Origin: Chiloscyllium plagiosum
Lineage: Eukaryota
Length of the DNA: 64,000 bases
Direction of reading: 5' to 3'
NCBI RefSeq assembly: GCF_004010195.1
Contig: NC_057718.1
Coordinates: 50,112,450 to 50,176,449, forward strand
The notes below the pieces were generated by a model that saw nothing but the letters and a program-made list of their open reading frames with translations, did no database searches and had not been told where the DNA came from. This document shows, in pieces, positions 13,437 through 25,935 of the stretch. The translations under genes were made by a program, and so were the position numbers. Positions within the stretch are counted from its first letter, which is position 1. Each line of letters starts with the position of its first letter.

Positions 13437-14164
13437 TAAATTAAACTGGGGTCAAGCGTTAAATTCTAAAAAAATCTTTCATTGGAAATTGGTTTAACAT
13501 GACCTCACACAGTAGAAGTTTTGATCAGTGAAGTTTACACATAAATGCTGAACTCACATTAGCTAGTTATTTTCACTCAGAGTTTGTAATGAGCAAAGAA
13601 ATGAAGTACAAGTGTGTTTTGCCAATTAGAATTTGCATTCTCATATTTCTTTGAAGATGTGTTCTGATCTTAGTTTTGCCACTTTGGAGAAATGCTGAGT
13701 TAAGCTGAGGCAAAGCTCAACATCAAAGGAGCAATTATTGACACTGTCTGCCTGACATAAAATTATGTGCTGAACACAAGCAGGTTTTTCTAGTTCAAGC
13801 TGATGTTTATATTGCTGATGAGCCTCTTCACATCCTTTTCATCCTTCTGTATAAGCATATCCTTTTATTTCTTTATTCCTCATGTGTTTATCTATTATCT
13901 CCTTAAATACTACTACCGTTTTCACTTCAGCTATCTATTTTGATAGTAGGTTTCATATTGTACATGTTAAATGGGAAAAGAGATACTCCTGAGTTTATGT
14001 TGGATTTATTACTATCATCTTATTGTAATACTGAGTTTTAGCCTTACCACAAGGGGTAAGAATCTCTTCAATATTGATATGATGAAACTTTTTCTTAATC
14101 CTAAAGACATTTATCAGTTCACTCTTTTTAATTTTCTTTTCTATAGTGAAAGGTATAACCTCTT

Positions 14165-14760
14165 GAGTATAGGAGTTGGGAAGTCATGTTGAGGTTGTAC
14201 AGGACATTGATGACATCTCTTTTGGAATACTGTGTCCAGTTTTGGTCACCAAGTTATAGGAAAGATATTATTAAGTGGGTGAGGGTTCAGAAGAGATTTA
14301 TTGGGATGTTGATGGGTATGGAAGGGTTGAGTTATAAAGAAAGGTTGAATGGGCTGGAACTTCTTTCACTGTAGCATAGGAGGTTGAGAGGTGACGTTAT
14401 AGAAGTTTATAAAATAATGAGGGGTATAGATCAAGTTAATGGCAGTTCTCATTTCCCTAGTAAAGGGGATTTTAAGACTAGGCACATTTTTAAGTTGAGA
14501 GGAGAGAGATTTAAAAAAGACATAAGGGGCAAACTTTTTACACAGAGGGTGGTTCATGTGTGGAATGAACTTCCTGAGGAAGTGTTGGATGTGGGGACAA
14601 TTACAATGTTAAAGACATTTGGAGAGATACCTAAATAGGAAAGGTTTGGAAGGACATGGGCAAAGTGCAGACGGGTGGGACTAGCTTAGTTTGGGATTAT
14701 GTTTGGCATGGACTGGTTGGGCTGAAGTGTCTGTTTCCATGCTCTATGACTCTGTGACTC
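14165..14760 (+). mobile_element. 5'-truncated CR1
   Basis: LEYCVQFWSPSYRKD, RGDVIEVYKIMRG; tail ctatgactctgtgactc. Confidence 0.9.
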
Positions 14761-16364
14761 TCAATTCAGATACAATTTTCATAAATCTTTTCTTCATCCT
14801 TTCCAGTGTCTCTACATCCATTTACAACATGAAAACTGGAACTATATACACTACTTTACCTCAAGGTTTCATATAAGTTTATCACTATTTCTCAGCTTTT
14901 CAATTCTATCACTGTATAAAGAAACATTAGTACTCATTTTCTTTTCTTTTTTAAATGGTCTTTATTAATCTTTGTTGTCACTTTTTAGTGATTTGTGTAT
15001 TAATACCTCTATATTACATAGCTTCATATTGTAACTTTAATTTTCAAGGCATGTGTGGCATCTTTAAACTTGCTAAAATATATCAAGACCTCAAATGTAG
15101 GTATATTTCAATTCGTTTACTAATTACCCACTTATTCTGCAAGTTGAGTGACATGTTTTTGTATATTGTCACATTATCACAATATTAACTCTTCGCCTTC
15201 TATGAACTTCTGACCTCTAGTGTCTTTTACAATCTTTAAAATTGTATTTCCAACTCCAAAGTCCAAGTTGTTTATGGAAATAGTGAGTGATAGTGACCTG
15301 AGCAACGATTTTGGGGAACCTCACTTCCACCGCTTTGCTGATCTGAATAACTACATTTAGAACCTGTTTTGTAAACAGTTTTCTGTCCATTCTAAAAACT
15401 GTCCTCTGACTTTGCATGCTCAGACTTCAGTTATGAATCGCATTAGCTTTAAATTGTTCAAATATTTACACTGCTATTCTCACTGTAAAATCGTTTGAAA
15501 GAATTTGTTGAATGAGATGGCAAGTGCTCTTCTTGATTGGTAGTTAAGGTGAGAACAGCCTCAGTATCCATGAAAGAAAATAGATTTGTATTTCCTCATT
15601 AAAATAAGCACATTTTAATGATTTAACAACACTTATAATGTTTGAGTCTTTTCCACACATATGGCCCAATCATTTGTTTTGCTATCTGTAAAATTTTAAA
15701 TAAATGTGAAAGAAGAAATCAGAGCATTTTATTGTTAGTTTGCTGGTGGTCAAAATGTTTCAAAGAGATTTCTCAACCTACTTCATTGTAACATCGCTAT
15801 CGAACACCTGGTGATCGCCTTGACTTGGTGCCAGATTCAAATTGATATTGAGACAGAGTAAATCCACACCACAATGAGCACGGGATTTTTATGGATGGTT
15901 ATTTTTTGAGGTTAGCATGGAGTGCAGGTGCTTTGTCATGTAACAGCTAATTCCATTGCATCTATCATATCACCCTTGGTCACTCGTTCTGTCATTTCCT
16001 CAAATAATTCGATAAATTTGATGAAGCATGGACTTGCATTTTGAAATCTATGCAGATGATTTTTTCTCATTTATCATGTTGAAGGGTCATCATCAACCTG
16101 GAAGCAATAGCTTTGCTTCCCTTCTAAGAGGCAGCTTGACATAGCGTCATAGGTCTTACGCAAGGAAACAGACCTTCGATCCAAACAGTCCATGCCAGAC
16201 ATTATATCTCTAAAATTTTATGTTTTTATTTCAGACTTCTAGCATCTGTAAAATTTTATTTTTGGATTTTTACTGGATCCTTTTTCATATTTTAGCTTTC
16301 TAAGCATCTTTCTATTGTTAATACTGCCTCAAAGCAAAAGCTGCAACATCTAGGGAATTAATGG

Positions 16365-16598
16365 ATAGCATTAGGGTGATATTATTGGGTCAGTGATATA
16401 AATGCCTGGATTCATGGTCTGGGGTCATTCGTTCAAATGTAACAATGGCAGTTTGGGGAATTTAAATTTAATTAACACATAAATCTAGAATGAAAACCTA
16501 GACTCAATAATAGTGATAATTTAACAACTGGATTGTTGTGAGCAGCAATCTGGTTCACTGATCTCCTTCAGTGAATTATATCCTGACTTTGTCTGGTC
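16365..16598 (+). mobile_element. SacSINE1/Deu-type SINE, 5' part; continues at about 19851-19917 after the CR1 insertion
   Basis: Similar to 48560-48890. ...tctggtc and ctacatgtgactccaga... rejoin across the CR1. Confidence 0.65.
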
Positions 16599-19500
16599 GC
16601 TGTTTTGGAAAATGATCGATTCAAAGGGGAACGTGGCATGAACAACCAAGTTTCTGGTATTGAGACTGGCTGTAATGCAATGAGGGGTATGTCGGGTTTC
16701 AAGAGATCAATTGCGTTTGAGGATTCTCTAGTCAGAGGTACAGACAGACGTTTCTGTGGCCAGCAGCGAAAGATCAGAATGGTGGGTTGCTTCCCTGGTG
16801 CCAGGATCAAGGATGTCTCAGAGAGGGTGCAGAATGTTCTCAAGGGGGAGAGGGGCCAGCAAGAGGTCATTATCCACATTGGAACCAAAGACAGAGAAAG
16901 GGAAAAGGTTGAGATTCTGAATGGAGATTACAGAGAGTTAGGCAGGAATTTAAAAAGGAGGTCCTTGAGAGTAGTAATATCTTGATTACTCCTGGTGCTA
17001 CGAGATAGTGAGGGCACAAATAGGAGGATGGAGCAGATGAATGCATGGCTGAGGGGCTCATGTATGGGAGAAGGATTCACATTTTTGGATCATTGGAATC
17101 TCTTTTGGGGTAGAAGTGAATCTGTACAAGAAGGACGGATTGCACCTAAATTAGAAGGGGACTAATATACAGCCAGGGAGATTTGCTAGAACTGCTCAGG
17201 AGGATTTAAACTAGTAAGGTGGGGGTGTGGGACCCAGGGAGATAGTTAAAAAGAGATCGATCTGAGACAGGTACAGTTGAGAACAGAATGAGTCAAACAG
17301 TCAGGGCAGGCAGGAACAAAGTAGGACTAATAAATTAAACTGCATTTATTTCAACGCAAGGGAAGACAGATGAACTCAGGGCATGGTTAGAAACATGGGA
17401 CTGGGATATCATAGCAATTACAGACACATGGCTCAGGGATGGACAGGACTGGCAGCTTAATGTTCCAGGATACAAATGCTACAGGAAGGATAGAAAAGGA
17501 GGCAAGAGAGGAGGGGGAGAGGCGTTTTTGATAAGGGATAGCATTACAACTGTACTGAGAGAGGATATTCCCAGAAATGCACCCAGGGAAGTTATTTGGA
17601 TGGTACTGAGAAATAAGAAAAGGATGATCACCTTATTAGGATTGCATTATAGACCCCCCAATAGTCAGAGAGAAATTGAGAAATAAACATGTAAGGAGAT
17701 CTCAGCTATCTGTAAGAATAATAGGGTGGTTATGGTAAGGGATTTTAACTTTCCAAATATAGTGTTATGGGTTTAGATGGAGTGGAATTTGTTAAGTGTA
17801 CAAGAAAATTTTCTGATTCAATATGTGGATGTACCTACTATCGAAGGTGCAAAACCTGACCTACTTTTGGGAAATAAGGCAGGGCAGGTGACTGAGATGT
17901 CAGTGGGGCCAGCGACCATAATTCTATTCGAATTAAAATAGTGATGGAAAAGGATAGACCAGATCTAAAAGTTTAAATTCTAAATTGAAGAAAGGCCCAT
18001 TTTTACGGTATTAGGCAAGAACTTTCAAAAGCTGATTGGGGGCAGACGTTCACAGGTAAAGGGATGGCTGGAAAATGGGAAGCCTTTAGAAATGAGATAA
18101 CGAGAATCCAGAGAAAGTATATTCCTGTCAGGGTGAAAGAAAAGGCTGGTCGGTATAGAGAATGCTGGATGACTAAAGAAATTGAGGGTTTGGTTAAGAA
18201 AAAGAAGGAAGCATATGTCAGGTACAGACAGGAAAGATCGAGTGANNNNNNNNNNNNNNNNNNNNNNNNNNNNNNNNNNNNNNNNNNNNNNNNNNNNNNN
18301 NNNNNNNNNNNNNNNNNNNNNNNNNNNNNNNNNNNNNNNNNNNNNNNNNNNNNNNNNNNNNNNNNNNNNNNNNNNNNNNNNNNNNNNNNNNNNNNNNNNN
18401 NNNNNNNNNNNNNNNNNNNNNNNNNNNNNNNNNNNNNNNNNNNNNNNNNNNNNNNNNNNNNNNNNNNNNNNNNNNNNNNNNNNNNNNNNNNNNNNNNNNN
18501 NNNNNNNNNNNNNNNNNNNNNNNNNNNNNNNNNNNNNNNNNNNNNNNNNNNNNNNNNNNNNNNNNNNNNNNNNNNNNNNNNNNNNNNNNNNNNNNNNNNN
18601 NNNNNNNNNNNNNNNNNNNNNNNNNNNNNNNNNNNNNNNNNNNNNNNNNNNNNNNNNNNNNNNNNNNNNNNNNNNNNNNNNNNNNNNNNNNNNNNNNNNN
18701 NNNNNNNNNNNNNNNNNNNNNNNNNNNNNNNNNNNNNNNNNNNNNNNNNNNNNNNNNNNNNNNNNNNNNNNNNNNNNNNNNNNNNNNNNNNNNNNNNNNN
18801 NNNNNNNNNNNNNNNNNNNNNNNNNNNNNNNNNNNNNNNNNNNNNNNNNNNNNNNNNNNNNNNNNNNNNNNNNNNNNNNNNNNNNNNNNNNNNNNNNNNN
18901 NNNNNNNNNNNNNNNNNNNNNNNNNNNNNNNNNNNNNNNNNNNNNNNNNNNNNNNNNNNNNNNNNNNNNNNNNNNNNNNNNNNNNNATTGATAGTCACAG
19001 GTGAGGTGCCGGAAGACTGGAGGTTGGTTAACGTTTAAGAAAAAAGGTAAGGACAAGCCAGGGAACTACAAACCAGTGAGCCTGACGTTGGTGGTGGGCA
19101 AGTTGTTGGAGAGAATCCTGAGGGATAGGATGTACATGTATTTGGAAAGGCAAGGACTGATTCAGGATAGTCAACATGGCTTTGTGCGTGGGAAATCATG
19201 TCTAGGATAGTGAAGGAGCATTTGGTATGCTTTCCTTTATTTGTCAGAGTATTGAGTACAGGAGTTGGGAGGTCATGTTGCGGTTGTACAGGACATTGGT
19301 TAGGCCACTGTTGGAATATTGCGTGCAATTCTGGTCTCCTTCCTATCGGAAAGATGTTGTGAAACTTGAAAGGGTTCAGAAAAGATTTATAAGGATGTTG
19401 TCAGGATTGGAGGATTTGAGCTATATCGAGAGGCTGTACAGGCTGGGGCTGATTTTTCTCGAGCATCGGAGGGTGACCTTACATAGGTTTACAACATTAT

Positions 19501-19852
19501 AAGGGACATGGACAGGATAAATAGACAAAGTCTTTTCCCTGGGGTGGGTGAGTTCAGAACTAGAGGGCATAAGTTTAGGGTGAGAGGGGAAAGATATAAT
19601 AGCGACCTAAGGGGCAACTGTTTCATGCAGAGGGTGGTATGTGTGTGAGCTGCCAGAGGAAGTAGTGGAGGCTGGTACAATTGCAACATTTAAGAGGCAT
19701 TTGGATGGGTATATGAATAGGAATGGTTTGGAGGCATATGGGCCAGGTGCTGGCAGGTGGGACTAGATGGTGTTGGTATAACTGGTCGGCATGGATGGGT
19801 TGGACCAAAGGTTCTGTTTCTGTGCTGTACATCTCTATGACTTTATGACTCT
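16599..19852 (+). mobile_element. Long CR1 LINE (ORF1 SGNH-esterase part, ORF2 with a gap and an internal deletion)
   Basis: DSLVRGTDRRFCG...CFPGARIKDV...IIHIGT (esterase), endonuclease, RT pieces, 3' tail ctctatgactttatgact. Confidence 0.93.
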
Positions 19853-19932
19853 ACATGTGACTCCAGATCTCTAGCAATGTGGTTGACATATAACTGCACT
19901 CTGAAGTGGCTGAGCAGGTGCATCAAACTCAG

Positions 19933-20110
19933 TCAGCGTGGCTCAGTGTTTGGCATTGCTGTCTCACAGCATCAGGGATCCTGGTTTAACTCCAGTCTAG
20001 GTCAACTGTCTATATGGAGGTTGCATGTTCTCCCCATTTTTGCTTGGGTGCTTCGGTTTCCTCCCACAGTCCAAAGATGGGCAGGTTCGGTAGGATTGAC
20101 CACGGTAAAT
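19933..20110 (+). mobile_element. Decayed HE1-type tRNA-derived SINE (partial)
   Basis: gtggctcagtg...tgctgtctcacagc...ggtttcctcccacagtccaaagatg. Confidence 0.75.
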
Positions 20111-20668
20111 GTCGGTTTATGGGGACTCTAAAACGCAATCGAGTTTGAATTTATTGTTTTGCCAACACTGAACCAATGAGACAATCTGCTGCTGGGGATA
20201 TAAAAATGCAGGTCTTTTGAAGATTGCAGACAGAGCATCTGTCATCAACACAGATCCAAGAAATTAGGAAACACTCTCTCAAAGGTACATTTTCATATGA
20301 AACATACTCACAGTAAAAAAAAGATGACCCACAGAGATCTTCAGCCAAAAGAAGATAGCCATCAAAGATGCCAGACGCTGTATGGTTTTGAAATTAAGTT
20401 GATGTAATTTTAATAAGTGTCTTATTGGAACAGCATATTGTTATAGAATTGGAGGCCGATAATAAGCAGTTCAGAGAAAGGGAGGCTTAGAGTTGTGAAT
20501 AGTTGTTTTTTAATGTTTACTTTTAGAGTTAAAAAATAAATTGATGATATTGTCTTTAAATAGTGGAATTTGGGAGTTCTCTGTCACTCATATTTTAATA
20601 GATTATTAGGTGAGCTTTTCTGGGTGTTTGGTTTAATTAACAGAAGGGTTCACCGCCATGTTGTCACA
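20110..20668 (+). mobile_element. Possible LTR fragment
   Basis: CCAAT, TATAAAA (about 20199) and AATAAA (about 20536); ends ...gtcaca like the solo LTR at 47675. No TSD found. Confidence 0.4.
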
Positions 20669-20679
20669 AGAGGATCTGG

Positions 20680-20935
20680 GTGTTGCTGACTGGGCCAGCA
20701 TTTATTGACCGTCCCTAATTGCCCAGAGGGCAATTGGAAGTCAACCACATTGTATGGATCTGGAATCAAAGGTAGGCCAGACAATGTAAGGATGATAGTT
20801 TCCTTCCCTCAAGTGAAGCAGATGGGTGTTTCCCATAATTGACAATGGCTTCATGGTCATTGTTAGTCTTTTAGATCCAAACTTTTTTTGAATTCTGTGG
20901 TGTGATTCAAACTCAAGTCCCCATAGCACTACCAT
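20680..20935 (-). mobile_element. SacSINE1/Deu-type SINE
   Basis: Reverse complement of the 48560-48890 family (ggccagcatttattg...taattgcccagagggca). Confidence 0.7.
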
Positions 20936-21196
20936 AGCAAAATCTCAGGATAATAAATTGGAAAGTAACGCAAATGCTAATTATCAGAAATAAAACAAAA
21001 ACTGCTGGAAATACATAGTATTCATGTGACAAAAGCCACATTCTTGAAAATATGGTAACCTGTCTTTTCAGTTGCTGACTGATATGCTGTATACTTTCAA
21101 CATTTTTTATTGTTTTATTTACAATCTCTCAGACATACGTTCATTCCTTTATAAATTTATATTGACCAACATGGGAAAAAGAACAAACACACTCAC

Positions 21197-21391
21197 TCCT
21201 TTTTCTTCTTAGCATTTTCATTCTCGAAGGCGCAGCAGTGGCTCGAGTATGTCATACTGGCTTCCCTTAGTTCAACAAAGTTGGTCAGAGGTGGTAACCT
21301 TTTCAAGTTATTGGTTGACTGAGCTATGAGCTTCTTAATAGATTTCAAGCCGTGAATCGGAAGTGCAGTGATACCAGTTCTGGAAATATCC
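21197..21391 (-). CDS. FSHR: FSHR exon 9 equivalent (195 bp; last LRRs and the SHCCAF motif)
   Basis: ttttcacag acceptor, gtgagt donor. Encodes [64 protein letters not shown](E). Phase 2/2, in frame with flanking exons. Confidence 0.95.
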
Positions 21392-22917
21392 CTGTGAAAA
21401 TAATGGAAGCCTGTTGGTTTCCATGGTATCATTACTGAATAATTAAATTGTGTTGCTCCTGACATGAGATATCTGGAATTCTGTTTGCGAATGAGGAAAG
21501 AATTATGTACATACATGAATTGGGCTTTGTATGTTTGAAGCATCCTACAAATATTCAAGAGAATTACTGTATTACCAATACGAAATGTGAGAACGTGCAT
21601 GTGTTCATCTTTGGTTGATGTGTATAAAGAAGTAACTGTCTGTACACCACACATATGTGAATACCTACTGAGGTCATCATGTGCCACATGAACCTAATTG
21701 CAGTAGAAATACAAAGAGCAGGAAAAGACAGGGTCTAACCTTGGATCCAAACTGTAAATGTCTGTGTACAACTGGGGTCTGAATCAATAGTAGAACATTA
21801 TGCAGTTGTATAACTGATAATTATATTTAATAAATAGTAAGAAACTAAAGGAATATGATCTCTAGGTAGTTTATTTCCATTGATGAATGTCACCCAAAAA
21901 CCAACGCTAGTCTCCATCTACTCACCTTGAATTGTCAGTCCACAGAGTTGCCAATGAATAATGTGTTAGCTTTATCATAACTCATTGTTAATTATGCTAC
22001 ATTGTTTCCAAGGATGAGGAAGACCTGGAACTAAAAGAGCATGAAATATTTCACAAATAATGACCTACAAAGAACTGTTAGTTCAGCAGCTATTAGAAAG
22101 GTGTAATAATAGTTGGCTCATCTGCGCTTTCCAGCAATATCTCCTTCCAATGACCCAGGCTGCTGAAGTTAGCCAAGGGAACATGGTCTTCTTCAAACCA
22201 GTGTACACATTCATTAGTGATATTACTCCATTATTTGAACCTTTATCACAAATATATTGTTCCACACACTATAGAATTACTATGTTAGACTGGAATGCAA
22301 ATAACCTTTCATTTTAAACTTTGAAGATCAAGCTGACTAACTCCTCCAGACTTTTAATCTGATTTTGCAATTATTTTCCATAGATGTGGATGTCTCCTGC
22401 AGATGGGCCTTCTGACACACCTGTAGTAAAGTCTGCTAGAAGATAGTCCATATGTAGTCAGTGAATATCAATCATCTTTATTGATTGTGAATAGATGCAG
22501 AAGATGTCAAGAAAGGACAGCTCAGGAACCTGCAGATTTGGGGTCTAGTTCCATATGATCGGACATCATTATGACATAGCCCCCATGCACATGCTGAGCA
22601 GCTATCAAAGTCAAGATGTCATTAACCTTTTAGTCCACGATAATAACCTCTTCGTATAGGCAGTTGTGTGAAAGCTGAGTCCATATGAATAGTGATAGGC
22701 CATAGGGAAACAGACAGAAGGATTTTGTTTTCTTAGTTGCAGTCACACTTATCTTTCTTCACCACTGTCCTGTCATTCACCTTGTACTGCTTAAACTCAT
22801 GGTATACTTGCTTGTTTTTGCCTTTTGTGAATATGTCAAAAATGATCAAAAGCACTGTGCGGTGACAGTTTGCCCAATTACAATTGAGTTACCATAGTCT
22901 CACCAGACTATTAGAGA

Positions 22918-22959
22918 TCGAGAGAGAGAGAGAGAGAGAGAGAGTAAGAGAGAGAGAGA
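22918..22959. repeat. (GA)n microsatellite within a minus-strand SINE tail
   Basis: Direct reading of the sequence. Confidence 0.95.
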
Positions 22960-25935
22960 TATGACTGGTGATGGTTTAATGTCAGGGCCACTATACCTCA
23001 GGCAAGGGATGAGTCATAGTGTCATAGAGATGTACACATGGAAACAGACGCTCCAGTCCAACTTGTCCATACCGACCAGATAACAATCTAATCTAATCGC
23101 ATTTGCTAGCAGTGGCTCATATCCCTCTAAACTCTTCCGATTTATATACCCATCCAGATGCCTTTTAAATGCTGTAATTGTATTAGCTTTCACCACTTCC
23201 TCTGGCAGCTCATTCCGTACACACATCACCCTCTGTGTGAAAAAGTTGCCCCTTAGAACCTTTATATCTTTCCCCTCTCACTCTAAACCTATGCCCTCGA
23301 GTTCTGGACTCCCTCACCCCAGGGAAAAGATCTTATCTATTTAGTCTATCCAGGCCCCTCATGATTTTGTAAACCTCTATAAAGTCACTACTCAGCCTCC
23401 AATGCTCCAGGGAAAACAGCCCCAGCCTATTCAACCTCTCCCCATAGCTCAAATCCTCCAATCCTGGCAACAAACTTGTCAACCTTTTCTGAACCCTTTC
23501 AAGTTTCACAACATCTTTCTGATAGGAAGGAGACCAGAATTGCACGCAATATTCCAAAAGTGGCCGAAACCAATGACCTGTACAGCCACAACATGATCTC
23601 CCAACTCCTGTACTTAATACTCTGACCAATAAAGGAAAGCATACCAAACGCCTTCTTCAATATCCCATCTACCTGTAACACTACTTTCAAGGAACTATGG
23701 ACCTGCACTCCAAGGTCTCTTACTTCTTCAAAAATCTCAATCAAGTTTGTGAGACATAATTTTCCACACACAAAGCCATGCCGACTAATCTTATTCAGTC
23801 CTTGCCTTTACAAATACATGTAAGTCCTGTCCCTCAGGAGTTCCTCCAACAACTGCCTACCAGCAACGTCAGACTCACCAGTCTATAGTTCCCTGGCTTT
23901 TCCTTTCTTAAATAGTGGCACCACATTAGCCAACTCCTGGGGATTTATCCATTTTTATGCATTTCAAGACATCCAGCACCTACTCCTCTGTAAAATAGAC
24001 ATTTTTCAAAATGTCACCATCTATTTCCCAATATCCTGTTTCTTCCATGTCTTTCTCCACAGTAACTATTGATGCAAAATACTTGTTTAGTTCTCCCCCT
24101 TCTCCTGTGGCTCCTGCCTTGTTGATCTTTGAGGGGCCCTATTTACTCTCTGGTTACCCTTTTGTCCTTAATGTATTCATAACATCTCTTTGGATTCTCC
24201 TTAACTCTATTTGCCAAAGCTATCTCATGTCCTCTTTTTGCCTTCCTGATTTCCCTCTTAAGAATACTTTTACTGCCTTTACACTCTTCTAAGGATTCAC
24301 TTGATCTCTCCTGTCTATACCTGACATATGCTTGCTTCTTTTTCTTAACCAAAACCTCAATTTCTCTAGGTATCCAGCATTTCCTCCACCTACCAGCCTT
24401 TCCTTTCACCCGAACAGGAATGTACTGTCTGTGGACTCTTGTTATCTCATTTCTGAAAGCTTCCCATTTTCCAACTGTCCCTTTACCTGTGAACATCTGC
24501 CCCCAATTAGCTTTTGAAAGCTCTTGCCTAATACCGTCAAAATTAGCCTTTCTCCAATTTAAAACTTCAACTTTTAGATCCGGTCTATCCTTTTCCAACA
24601 TTATTTTAAAACTAATAGAATTATGGTCGCTGGCCCCAAAGTGCTCCCCTATTGACATCTCAGTCATTTGCCCTGCCTTACTTCCCAAGAGTAGATCAAG
24701 TTTTGCACTTTCTCTAGTAGGTACATCCACATACTGAATCAGAAGGTTTTCTTGGACACACTTAACAAATTCCTCTCCATCTCTCCCCTTAACATTATGG
24801 CAGTCCCAGTCTATGTTTAGAAAGTTAAAATCCCCTATCATAACCACCCTATTATTCTTACAAATAACTGAAATTTCCTTAATAATTTGTTTCTCAGTTT
24901 CACACTGACTAATAGGGGGTCCCTTATACAATCCAAATAAGGTGATCATCCCTTTCTGATTTCTCAGTTCCACCCAAATAACAAATAACCTCCTGAAATA
25001 CAGCAGTAATGTTATCCCTGATCAAAAACACCACTCCCCCTCCTCTCTTGCCTCCCTTTCTATCCTTCCTGTAGCATTTGTTTCCTGGAACATTAAGCTG
25101 CCAGTTCTATCCATCCCTGAGCCACATTTCTGTAATTGCTATGATGTCCCAGTCCCATGTTCTTACCCATGCCCTGAGTTCATCTGCCTCCCCTGTTAGG
25201 CCTCTTGCATTGAAGTAAATGCAGTTTAATTTATCAGTCCTACCTTGTTCCTGCCTGCCCTGTTTGACTCGCTCCTTTTCTCAACTGTACCAGTCTCACA
25301 TTGATCTCTTTCCTCACTATTTCACTGGGTCCCACCTCCTCAACTTACCAGTTTAAATCTTCCCAAGCAGCTCTAGCAAATCTCTCTGCCAATACATTAG
25401 TCCCCTTCTAATTTAGGTGCAATCTGTCTTTATTGTACACGTCACTTCTACCCCAGATGAAATTCCAATGATCCAAAAATGTGAACCCGTCTCCCCACAC
25501 CAGCTCCTCAGCCATGCATTCATCTGTTCTATCCTCCTATTTCTACCCTCACTAGCCCGTAGCACCATGAGTAATCCAGATATTGCTAACCTTGAGGCTT
25601 TCCTTTTTGAATTCCTGCCTAACTTTCTATGTTCTCCCTTCAGAATTTCATCCTTTTCCCTTCCTATGTCATTATTTCCAATGTGTACAATGACATCCTG
25701 CTTGTCCCTCGCCCTTTTGAGAACATTCTGCACCCTCTCTGAGATATCCTTAATCCTGGCAACACACCATTCTGAGTTTTTGCTGCTGGCCACAGAAACA
25801 TCTGTCTGTGCCTTTGACCAGAGAGTCCCTTCACACAATCGATTCCTTGGAACCTGATTTACCCCTCATTACATTAGAGGCAGTCTTGATACCAGAAATT
25901 TGGCTGTTCATGCTACATTCTTCTGAGATTCCATA

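Noticed and set aside
21392..21687. N-terminal part of the 164-aa ORF 21193-21687
   Set aside because: Intronic read-through upstream of the exon 9 acceptor; no LRR character.
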